17,571 bases of DNA from the NCBI RefSeq assembly GCF_006345805.1, contig NW_021824829.1, positions 1-17,571 on the forward strand, read 5' to 3'. This DNA comes from Octopus sinensis. Its lineage: Eukaryota. Every line of letters starts with the position of its first letter. The first letter of the stretch is position 1. The notes under the pieces are model-generated. The model had not been told where the DNA came from, searched no databases, and saw nothing but the letters and a program-made list of their open reading frames with translations. Shown here piece by piece: positions 1-8,912 of this stretch. The translations under genes and the position numbers were made by a program.

Positions 1-138
1 GAAAATATTAGGTATTCTTAATTCATATTCTTACCGTAGTCGATCGATAATTGCGTTCTTTCATTGTTTTCTTTGTACTTCATCGTTTGTCCTCTATTTC
101 TGTTTATGTTTTTTTTGTTTTTTTGGGTCTCTTTTTGG

Positions 139-345
139 TTTTACTTGTTTCAGGTATTAGACTGCGGCCAAGCTGGGGCATTCCCTTGATGAATTTTTAA
201 TGGAACGAGTAAAACTCAGTACGCGTTGTTTTCTGTTTTAGCCGTGTACATGTTGTGTCGTTTCTTTTTGCTGAATCGCTTCGGGTTCGGGGACGTAAAC
301 ACCCCAACACCGATTGGACAAAAACACACACACATACACACAAAT
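139..345 (-). mobile_element. SINE family A, degenerate 3' part
   Basis: TTTTACTTGTTTCAG..GACTGCGGCCA.GCTGG and GGGGACGTAAACAC match the 3' part of the copies at 1562-2032 and 17103-17560. Confidence 0.7.
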
Positions 346-401
346 ATATATGCATATATATACATGTATATATAGACAGAGAGAGAGAGAGAGAGATAAA
401 G

Positions 402-478
<77 letters not shown>

Positions 479-504
479 GATACATACATACATACATACA
501 TACA

Positions 505-538
<34 letters not shown>
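345..538. repeat. Compound microsatellite (TA)/(GA)n/(GATA)n/(CATA)n
   Basis: Directly visible simple repeats. Confidence 0.97.
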
Positions 539-664
539 ATGATAAGGACGTTGAATAATTAGAACACCAGTGTGCTACAAATATACGCAAAATGATCTAT
601 GAACCACTTAGATTATTACTCCACTACTCAATGTTGTAATCGAGGGTCTATTTTCCTCGCTTAC

Positions 665-920
665 AACCTTGTGTAGTGGATTATATATATATATTTATAT
701 TTATGTGTGTGTCATTATGTCTGTGTTTGTTGCCCACACACACATGGCAACCGATGCTGGTGTGTTTATATCCCCGTAACTTAGTGTTTGGGCAAAAGAG
801 ACCAATAGAATAAGTAATAGGCTTACATAGAATGAGTTCTGGGCTCGATTTCTACGATTAAAACCCTTTAAGTTGGTGCTCCAGAATGACCACAGTCAAA
901 TGATTGAAACATGTAAAAGA
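665..920 (+). mobile_element. SINE family A, 3' half
   Basis: CAACCGATGCTGGTGTGTTTA..CCCGTAACTTAG...GGTGCTCCAG..CACAGTCAAATGATTGAAAC is shared with the other copies. Confidence 0.8.
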
Positions 921-952
921 ATATATATATATATAAATATATACATACATAC

Positions 953-1069
953 AAGGAAAACGTGATAAATAGACACTCCGAGATTGTCATATTATGTAGG
1001 CATAAGAACAAAATATCAATCATCATGGAATTTGAAGAAAATATTTTGAGAAGAATTAACAAATTATAG
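953..1069 (+). pseudogene. Relic resembling the C-terminus of a Penelope-like element GIY-YIG endonuclease
   Basis: Translates as KENVINRHSEIVILCRHKNKISIIMEFEENILRRINKL*. This resembles the LNxRSExxxxCRHxNK motif I recall at the end of many invertebrate Penelope-like ORFs. The 5' part is replaced by SINE and microsatellite sequence. Confidence 0.55.
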
Positions 1070-1561
1070 AATAGTGAAGGAAACGCTCCCCCCAAAATAA
1101 ATGAAAATACCAATGTTTCAGATGATACACACTATATCAGCAGAAACAATGAAAAAGTCAGCGTATGGGGTGTGGTGTTAATCACTTAGGTCACCGGATC
1201 CCACTATATAACAGCTGATCACTTGTTGAGTTCAGAATTTATTGAGGAAGGTCACGAAATACTACCTCCGTTCTTAGAAAACATAATGACGCACATAGCG
1301 CGTCGGTAACCAGCTGGAGACGATGTTTTCTGGGGATAAATATCAGTAACATTCGTCCTAATCAGGACTACCACATTATGTTAGCAAATAATCTTTATTT
1401 TAGAGTACTGTTACTGCATTTTTATCGGACAGGTATTTAGAACTAATAATTTTTTCAATTAACAAATGTACTACTATCTATAAACATGCTGAATGAATGA
1501 CAATCTTTGAAAACTGCACAATGAATAGCAAATAAATCCCCACATACCCGCCGTCCCCATA

Positions 1562-1771
1562 TTCTTTTATTCTTTTACTTGTTTCAGTCATTTTGTCTGC
1601 GGCCATGCTGGAGCACCACCTTTAGTCGAGCAAATCGACCCCAGGACTTATTCCCGTGTAAGCCTAGTACTTATTCTATCGGTCTTTTTACGGACCCACT
1701 AGGTTACGCGGACGTGAACACACCAGCGTCGCTTGTCAAACGCTCTTAGGACACACACACACAAACACACG

Positions 1772-1802
<31 letters not shown>

Positions 1803-2032
1803 ACAAACACACACACAAACACACACACACGCATATATATATATATTTATATATATATATATATATATACGATGAGCTTCTTTCAGTTTCCGTCTACCAA
1901 ATCCACTCACAAAGCTTAGGTCGGCCCGAGGCTATAGTAGAAGCCAATGCCCAAGATGCCACGCAGTGGGACTGAACCCGTAACCATGTGGTTGGTAAAC
2001 AAGCTACTTACCACACAGCCACTCCTGCGCCT
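1562..2032 (-). mobile_element. SINE family A (tRNA-derived), full length with internal CA/TA microsatellite
   Basis: Minus-strand head has A-box-like TGGCTGTGTGG and B-box-like GGTTCAGTCCC. Body matches the 5805-6470 and 17103-17560 copies, with a short AAAAGAAT-type tail. Confidence 0.9.
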
Positions 2033-2469
2033 ACCATTCCTTCCTCTATTCCCATAACATACCTCCCACCATTAAGTACACACCGAAATACCGACATTGC
2101 TCGATTGGTCTTTATACTGGCAACTTGGTATACACATCAGTCAGTGATTCATCCACTAATGTTATATCGCCTGATGAAATGAATCCATGATAATGACCAA
2201 AAGGATACCCACTGATAATATGGACTATACAGTACTAATCTGAAGGATACAGACTCTGATGTCGAAATCATGTACTTTGCGGAAACGTGCGTAGCCATTT
2301 ATTAAATATTTATAAATTCCACCTGAGAATTATTGTTATCATTATATTTATCTTATATTATATCAGTATAACCCTGATGCAATTACGAAAAGCTGATGGT
2401 AGCCGGCATAATGAAACAGAAGCTTTATTTGCATACCCCTAAATTTACCAAAACGAATTAAAAAGATGT

Positions 2470-2487
2470 GTATATATACAGATGTAC

Positions 2488-2532
<45 letters not shown>

Positions 2533-2566
2533 AACACACACATATATTACATACATACATACATAC

Positions 2567-2617
<51 letters not shown>
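2470..2617. repeat. (TA)n/(CATA)n microsatellite
   Basis: Directly visible. Confidence 0.97.
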
Positions 2618-2619
<2 letters not shown>

Positions 2620-2803
2620 CGCCGTGATAGATCGTTAGCCATTACACGCATTTTTTGTCTCCTTGTCTTCTGTGTCCCTTTCTATAGAAGAGCGTAGACT
2701 CGAAATGTAAAAGACTTTTTCTATTCCTGAGCGTTATACTAATGCATCTGTTTGTTTTGTACACCACCTGTCTTCGTCTTTTGGTTTTTTCGTAAACTCT
2801 ACT
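2618..2803 (+). mobile_element. Second, more decayed copy of the ~190-bp hammerhead-bearing element
   Basis: Matches the reverse complement of 6010-6197. The HHR-like motif at 2678-2713 reads CTTT-CTATAGA-A-GAGCGTAGACTC-GAAA-TG-TA-AAAG, with core and stem mutations. Flanked by (TA)n on both sides. Confidence 0.72.
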
Positions 2804-2818
2804 TATTATATATATATA

Positions 2819-2961
2819 CGGGCTCCTTTCAGTTTCCGTTTACTAAATCCAGTCCCAAAGTTGTGGTGCCCCGAGACGTTTATCTAACGTTCCACACAGA
2901 GGGAGCTAAACCCAAGACCACATTGCTGTGAAGCTAGCTTCCGAACCACTCAATCATGTCT
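2819..2961 (-). mobile_element. SINE family A, diverged 5' half
   Basis: CGGGCTCCTTTCAGTTTCCGTTTACTAAATCCA matches the family A body, followed by a degenerate tRNA-like head. Confidence 0.7.
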
Positions 2962-3944
2962 GTTCAAAAAGAATATACAGAGAAAAGCCTAATCAACAGT
3001 TCATCTCAATAAATAATCGATCATTAAATGATAGCAGTTTATATATATATTGTGAAAATATTGCTTTTGATCTACCAAGTGCACTGTAAATTGGATTATT
3101 ATACTGAACATGTATCACACGTGACAATTACTATTTACGCTACATCTACAAAATAATGTTTACAACATGCGCTCTCCTTCCGTTGAAAACATGATTGGTT
3201 TAATCGATAGAAACAAAATTAAATTTTAGGTTAGTTAAAGATGAGTTTGACATATTTTCACATCTAAAACCAAATTTACTGCAGTTACCGTAGAGAAAAA
3301 CATCTCATTTACTGTCAAAATTGGGAAAACACCATAATTGCCCAGTGTTTCGCGTTAGCGGATTCCCAGACGCGCATTTCTGGCTGTTTAGCCTTTCTCA
3401 ATAACAAATACGGAAGAGAGATAACTCTGGGCAGATTCTAAGTGACTTAGTTGCGATAGTGAACCGTCTGATCTGGAAAATACCTACAGAAGTTAATGTA
3501 TGTTACAAATATAGTTGATTAACCTAAAGTTCGTTAATTCCTAATCCCCGCTTGGCGCTGAAACTGCTAAGATAAAATTTACATCCATGGTTGGAGCTTT
3601 TACATGCTAGAATAAAGAGCCACTTTTCCTTCAGACTACACTAGTCTGCTGCCTTTAAAATGAATTCACATGTAATAAAATGTAACGCTAGACACCTGCT
3701 TCATTGAAAAGGTATCTCGAAAGATTTGACTCATTGGTCTGTTTCAGAGAGACTGACGTGTGGCTTAGAGACAATTAGTCAGAAAATTATTCCATCGAGT
3801 AAACCCCAGGATGGAATGTGCTTGAGGTGATCTGGAAACTTGAAGCTTCACTTAGTTGCTTTAAGCAATTAAATAATCTATATTCAACCGCCGATATTGA
3901 GTTCTTTTTCTCTCGCTGTTATGTACATATTCATTTGAGTATGA

Positions 3945-3993
3945 ACACACACACACGCACAGATATATATATATATATATGTTTACGGAGATT

Positions 3994-4063
<70 letters not shown>

Positions 4064-4188
4064 AGATAGATAGGTAGGTATGTAGGTGGGTAGGTAGGTA
4101 GGTAGTAGTTAGGTAGGTAGATAGGTAAGTAGATAGATAGATTGATAGATAGATAGATAGATAGACAGACAGACAAACAGACAGACAT

Positions 4189-4261
<73 letters not shown>

Positions 4262-4466
4262 AAGGTAGGTATGTAGGTGGGTAGGTAGGTAGGTAGTAGT
4301 TAGGTAGGTAGATAGGTAAGTAGATAGATAGATTGATAGATAGATAGATAGGTAGGTATGTAGGTGGGTAGGTAGGTAGGTAGTAGTTAGGTAGGTAGAT
4401 AGGTAAGTAGATAGATAGATTGATAGATAGATAGATAGATAGACAGACAGACAAACAGACAGACAT

Positions 4467-4518
<52 letters not shown>

Positions 4519-4612
4519 GTAGATGGGTAGATACGTAGGTGGGGTAGGTAAGTAGGTAGGTAGGTAGGTAGATATATGGATAGATACATACATACATACA
4601 TTTGTGTGTGTA
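3945..4612. repeat. Complex (GATA)n/(GGTA)n/(GACA)n satellite with higher-order blocks
   Basis: The block GGTAGGTATGTAGGTGGGTAGGTAGGTAGGTAGTAGTTAGGTAGGTAGATAGGTAAGTAG recurs at ~4073, ~4264 and ~4351. Confidence 0.95.
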
Positions 4613-4934
4613 TAAGCTTATAATTGTATCGTTAACTCCTCTTTCAAGCATGCTTGGTCAAAAGCGCACATACATACGCGTGCGCACACACATACGCACT
4701 CACACACACGAACACAATTGAACACACACGTACACAATTGGACACACATGAACACACACGTACACACACACACACATACACAGACATAGACGAATGCACT
4801 CAGATATAGGTTAACAATATCAGAATCCCAATTACTAAGTCACTGACATCAATTCTTCTGATAGACATTCCGTAGAGTCAATCAACTGATAGCCATCTCG
4901 TAATAATGCCAAACAGCGCATTGTTCATATGGGA

Positions 4935-5515
4935 CGTGTGTATACGTGGCTGTGTGCGTGTGTGCGTGTATGTGTATGTATGTATGTGTATGTATGCGTG
5001 TATATGTGTGTATGTGTGTGTGTATGTATGTGTATTTGTGTGTGTATATGTATGTGTGTATGTGTATGTATGTGTGTATATGTGTGTATGTGTGTGTGTA
5101 TGTATGTGTGTATGTGTGTATATGTATGTATGTGTATGTATATGTATGTGTGTATATGTGTGTATATGTGTATACGTGGCTTTGTGTGTGTGTTTGTGTG
5201 TGTATATGTGTGTATGTATGTGTATGTGTATGTGTGCGTGCATACGTGTCTTCGTGTGCGTGTGTGTGTGTATTTTGTATGTATGAGTATGTGTGAGTAT
5301 GTATATATGTGTGTGCGTATACTTGGCTTGTGTGTGTGTTCGTGTGTGTATGTGTGCGTATAAATGTCTATGTCCGTATGTGTGTGCATGAGTGTAATTG
5401 TATGTGTGTGTGAGTAGGTGGCTTTGTGTGTGTACATGTGTGCATGTGTGTGCATGTGTGTGTGCATATATGACTTTCTGTGTGTGTGTGTGTGTATGTA
5501 ATTGTGTGGTGTGTG
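4935..5515. repeat. Degenerate (TG)n/(TATG)n alternating purine-pyrimidine tract
   Basis: Directly visible. A complementary (CA)-rich tract lies at 4668-4785. Confidence 0.95.
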
Positions 5516-5581
5516 AGTAGTTAATCATTTTCCAGATTTTCACTGAATGCCTATCAACATCCACCTCCTTGCAAGCACACA

Positions 5582-5790
5582 TTTAAATAAATAGGGTCAG
5601 ACAAATTTCTTCAAGGAATACTAGATAAGCCACCTATACCGGGATACAACTCACTCAACAAGAATTCCCTACTGGTATGGGCCATGATACGACACAACCT
5701 GACTTAAAAAGGATTTAGCAAATCGTGTAAGGTGGTGCTATTAAGTTAGACATGGCCTGCACCAATCTTTGGTCGAAACATATGTAAGCT
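5582..5790 (+). mobile_element. 3' end of a non-LTR retrotransposon (CR1/L2-group-like LINE): ORF2 C-terminus plus 3' UTR
   Basis: Translates as FK*IGSDKFLQGILDKPPIPGYNSLNKNSLLVWAMIRHNLT* (5582-5707), resembling the FKxxLDKFLxxIPDxPxxPGY...NSL C-terminal signature of invertebrate LINE ORF2. It is followed by a short UTR with the hairpin ACCAA-TCT-TTGGT. Confidence 0.6.
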
Positions 5791-6009
5791 ATCCAAGTAA
5801 TATATGTGGCTGTGTGGTAAGTAGCTTACTTACGAACCACATGGTTCTGAGTTCAGTCCCACTTCGTGGCATCTTGGGCAAGTGTCTTCTACTATAGCTT
5901 CGGGCCGACCAAAGCCCTGTGAGTGGATTTGTTAGACGGAACAGAAAGAAGCCCGTCGTATATATGTATGTATTATATATATATATATATATTATATAAT
6001 ATATATATA

Positions 6010-6197
6010 GGGAGAGTTTACGAAAAAAAACAAAAGACGAAGACAGGTGGTGTACAAAACTAACAGATGTATTAGTATAGCGCTCAGGAATAGTAAAAGT
6101 CTTTTACGTTTCGAGCCTACGCTCTTCTGCAGAAAGGGACACAGAAAAAACAAGGAGAGAAAAAAATGTGTAGTGGCTAACGATCTATCATGGCGAC
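6010..6197 (-). mobile_element. ~190-bp dispersed element with minimal hammerhead motif (Penelope pLTR/retrozyme-like), nested in the internal microsatellite of a SINE
   Basis: Reverse-complement match to 2618-2803 over its whole length, flanked by TA/CA repeats. Confidence 0.75.
6101..6136 (-). ncRNA. Minimal hammerhead-like motif with variant core (C at position 6, extra A before stem II)
   Basis: CUUU, CUGCAGA, A, GAGC-GUAG-GCUC, GAAA, CG, UA^, AAAG. It has a 4-bp stem I, a perfect 4-bp stem II and a palindromic ACGU stem III, as in the minimal dimer-forming HHRs of Penelope-like elements. Confidence 0.62.
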
Positions 6198-6535
6198 ACA
6201 CACATACACATATATATATGTGTGTGTGCATGTGTGTGTGTGTGTGTGTGTGTTGTGTGTGTGTGTGTGTTTGTTTGTCCTCCCAACATCATTTGACAAC
6301 CGATGCTGGTGTGTTTACGTTCCCGTAACTTAGCGGTTCAGCAAAAGAGAGCGATACAATAAGTACTAGACTTACACAGGATAAGTCCTGGGGTCGATTT
6401 GCTCGACTAAAGGCGGTGCTCCAGCATGGCCACAGTCAAATGACTGAAACAAGTAAATGAGAAAAGAGTATATAAATATTATATATATATATATAAAACG
6501 TTTAATAATCTGAATGGAGGCAATGAAAGTGGAAA

Positions 6536-6569
6536 CTATAGGAACATAATTAATAACCACACACAAAAT

Positions 6570-6604
<35 letters not shown>

Positions 6605-7174
6605 CTACATTTAAAAAAACTGATATGAAAATGTCAAATATATAAATATAAAAATACATATAAATAAATAAATATCGATATGGTACATAAAACACAGTGA
6701 ATTTTAGATTTAAACGTAACAGTACATTGGTGTAGTAAAACTTTGAGATGATAAAACATTAAAAGAACGTACTAAAAGACTAGTATGTAATTGTATAATT
6801 GTATTTCTGTATTTGTTTATTATTATGTTTTTTTTTTTGCATTGTGTGAAAAAATCCTGATGAGAGGAGTGTCAGCTTTAAAAATATGAAATATATCATA
6901 TTACTTGACACGTCTCTGAAACGGCCCGTAGATGGAATTTTAAAATTTTTTAATATTTTCGAGGTATTCTAGTACGTCCTTTTAATGTTTTATCATCTCA
7001 AATTTTTATTACAACAATGTATTATGATTTTTAAATCTAAAATTTACTGTGTTTTATGAATCATATCGATATTTATCTATTTATAAGTATTTTTATATTT
7101 ATATATTTGAAATTTTTATATCAGTTTTTTAAATGTATAAATACATACATATATATATTATATATATATATATA

Positions 7175-7214
<40 letters not shown>

Positions 7215-7251
7215 ATTTTGTGTGTGGTTATTAATTATTTTGTTGCTATAG
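6536..7251. repeat. Long inverted repeat (foldback): arms ~6536-6780 and ~6964-7251, ~180-bp spacer
   Basis: ATAATTAATAACCACACACAAAATCAAA near 6546 is the reverse complement of TTTGATTTTGTGTGTGGTTATTAATTAT near 7211. Manual alignment of ~170 bp of the arms gives ~18 differences (~90% identity). Both outer ends are CTATAG. The 107-aa minus ORF and 72-aa plus ORF share peptide stretches, confirming the inversion. Confidence 0.93.
6854..6933 (+). ncRNA. Type I hammerhead ribozyme motif in the foldback spacer
   Basis: AUC, CUGAUGA (6857-6863), GAGGAGUGUCAG...UUGACACGUCUCU (stem II, extended by AAUAUGA/UCAUAUU), GAAA (6918-6921), CGGCCCG (near-palindromic stem III), UA^, GAU. Core is complete; stem I is only 3 bp and the base of stem II is imperfect. 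Confidence 0.72.
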
Positions 7252-7286
7252 GTAAGTTTTACTATAATATGTAACTAATTTTTGTA

Positions 7287-7410
7287 CTCACCAGTATTTG
7301 GACGGTCCCAGGCTGTAGTAGAAGATACTTGCTGAAGGTACCACGCAATGGGACTGAATCCAGAACCAAGTAGTTAGGAGCAAGTTTCTTACCACACAAC
7401 CACGCATATG
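7287..7410 (-). mobile_element. SINE family A, 5' head fragment
   Basis: GGCTGTAGTAGAAGATACTTGC..CCACGCAATGGGACTGAATCC...CTTACCACACAACCAC matches the family A head. Confidence 0.75.
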
Positions 7411-7439
7411 TACTTATATATATATATATAATATATATA

Positions 7440-7470
<31 letters not shown>

Positions 7471-7638
7471 AACAAAGATAAATGCGATACAATAAAATTA
7501 ATTATAATCGCCGGTGTACCAGTACACGCCATATATTATACATATATCATTACATTCAAGGCGAAGAGTGTACTAGATACACAATAGCTGGATAAATTTC
7601 GTGAGATGAGGTTTAAAAACTTTTACAAACTTAACTTT

Positions 7639-7711
7639 TCTTATACTGCAGTTTCGCCAAATTCAGTAATAAAAATAGTATTTATTTACTCAGGCTGGCT
7701 CTTCAGTAAGA
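7639..7711 (-). ncRNA. Type I hammerhead ribozyme, copy 1 (intact core)
   Basis: Minus strand reads UCUUA (stem I), CUGAAGA (core), GCCAG..AU-rich extension..UUGGC (stem II), GAAA, CUGCAG (palindromic stem III), UA^, UAAGA (stem I'). All conserved core nucleotides are present. Predicted cleavage after GUA, between 7644 and 7643. Confidence 0.92.
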
Positions 7712-8041
7712 TTCCTGTTAATGATGGAAAGACCATACCAATAGATCCATGTGCGTCTATCGAAATGCTCTTTCTAAACTATTCAAAACACTGCGCAGAC
7801 TCCGAACAAACCCGACAAAATAGGGGATTGTGGTATATCGTCTAACGGTCAGAAATTTATCGAGAGAATATGTAAACAAAGATAAATGCGATACAATAAA
7901 ATTAATTATAATCGCCGGGTACCAGTACACGCCATATATTATACATATATCATTACATTCAAGGCGAAGAGTGTACTAGATACACAATAGCTGGATAAAT
8001 TTCGTGAGATGAGGTTTAAAAACTTTTACAAACTTAACTTT

Positions 8042-8114
8042 TCTTATACTGCAGTTTCGCCAAATTCAGTAATAAAAATAGTATTTATTTACTCAGGCTG
8101 GCTCTTCATTAAGA
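8042..8114 (-). ncRNA. Hammerhead ribozyme, copy 2 (C3 changed to A, predicted inactive as written)
   Basis: Same as copy 1 but the core reads AUGAAGA (plus-strand T at 8109 instead of G). This may be a real mutation or a sequencing error. Confidence 0.75.
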
Positions 8115-8438
8115 TTCCTGTTAATGATGGAAAGACCATACCAATAGATCCATGTGCGTCTATCGAAATGCTCTTTCTAAACTATTCAAAACACTGCGCA
8201 GACTCCGACAAACCCGACAAAATAGGGATTGTGTTATCGTCTAACGGTCAGAAATTTATCGAGAGAATATGTAAACAAAGATAAATGCGATACAATAAAA
8301 TTAATTATAATCGCCGGTGTACCAGTACACGCCATATATTAACATATATCATTACATTCAAGGCGAAGAGTGTACGATACACAATAGCTGGATAAATTTC
8401 GTGAGATGAGGTTTAAAAACTTTTACAAACTTAACTTT

Positions 8439-8511
8439 TCTTATACTGCAGTTTCGCCAAATTCAGTAATAAAAATAGTATTTATTTACTCAGGCTGGCT
8501 CTTCAGTAAGA
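8439..8511 (-). ncRNA. Type I hammerhead ribozyme, copy 3 (intact core)
   Basis: Identical to copy 1. Predicted cleavage between 8444 and 8443. Confidence 0.92.
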
Positions 8512-8840
8512 TTCCTGTTAATGATGGAAGACCATACCAATAGATCCATGTGCGTCTATCGAAATGCTCTTTCTAAACTATTCAAAACACTGCGCAGACT
8601 CCGAACAAACCCGACAAAATAGGGGATTGTGGATATATCGTCTAACGGTCAGAAATTTATCGAGAGAATATGTAAACAAAGATAAATGCGATACAATAAA
8701 ATTAATTATAATCGCCGGTGTACCAGTACACCCATATATTATACATATATCATTACATTCAAGGCGAAGAGTGTACTAGATACACATAGCTGGATAAATT
8801 TCGTGAGATGAGGTTTAAAAACTTTTACAAACTTAACTTT

Positions 8841-8912
8841 TCTTATACTGCAGTTTCGCCAAATTCAGTAATAAAAATAGTATTTATTTACTCAGGCTGG
8901 CTCTTCATAAGA
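8841..8912 (-). ncRNA. Hammerhead ribozyme, copy 4 (C3 deleted as written)
   Basis: Plus strand CTCTTCATAAGA lacks the G present in copies 1 and 3 (CTCTTCAGTAAGA). The rest of the motif is identical. Confidence 0.75.

Larger units (their letters stand above)
5805..6470 (+). mobile_element. SINE family A, near full length, interrupted by the 6010-6197 element
   Basis: Head TGTGGCTGTGTGGTAAGTAGCTT...GAGTTCAGTCCCAC. The 3' half resumes at ~6270 and ends CAGTCAAATGACTGAAACAAGTAAA. Confidence 0.9.

Noticed and set aside
1960-2032. tRNA genes at SINE heads (also 5805-5870 and 15545-15635)
   Set aside because: A- and B-box-like motifs are present, but there is no complete cloverleaf and they continue into SINE bodies.
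197-5582. Long ORFs such as YLSIYLSI..., MYVCMYVC..., HTHTHT... and VCVYVC...
   Set aside because: They are translations of stop-free microsatellites (GATA, CATA, TG) with no protein-like complexity. The same applies to ORFs at 9264-10420, 12875-13201, 13831-15033 and 17245-17542.
5755-5790. Hammerhead at CTGC-ACCAATCTTTGGTC-GAAA-CATATG-TA
   Set aside because: No CUGANGA core and no stem I; better explained as a LINE 3' stem-loop.
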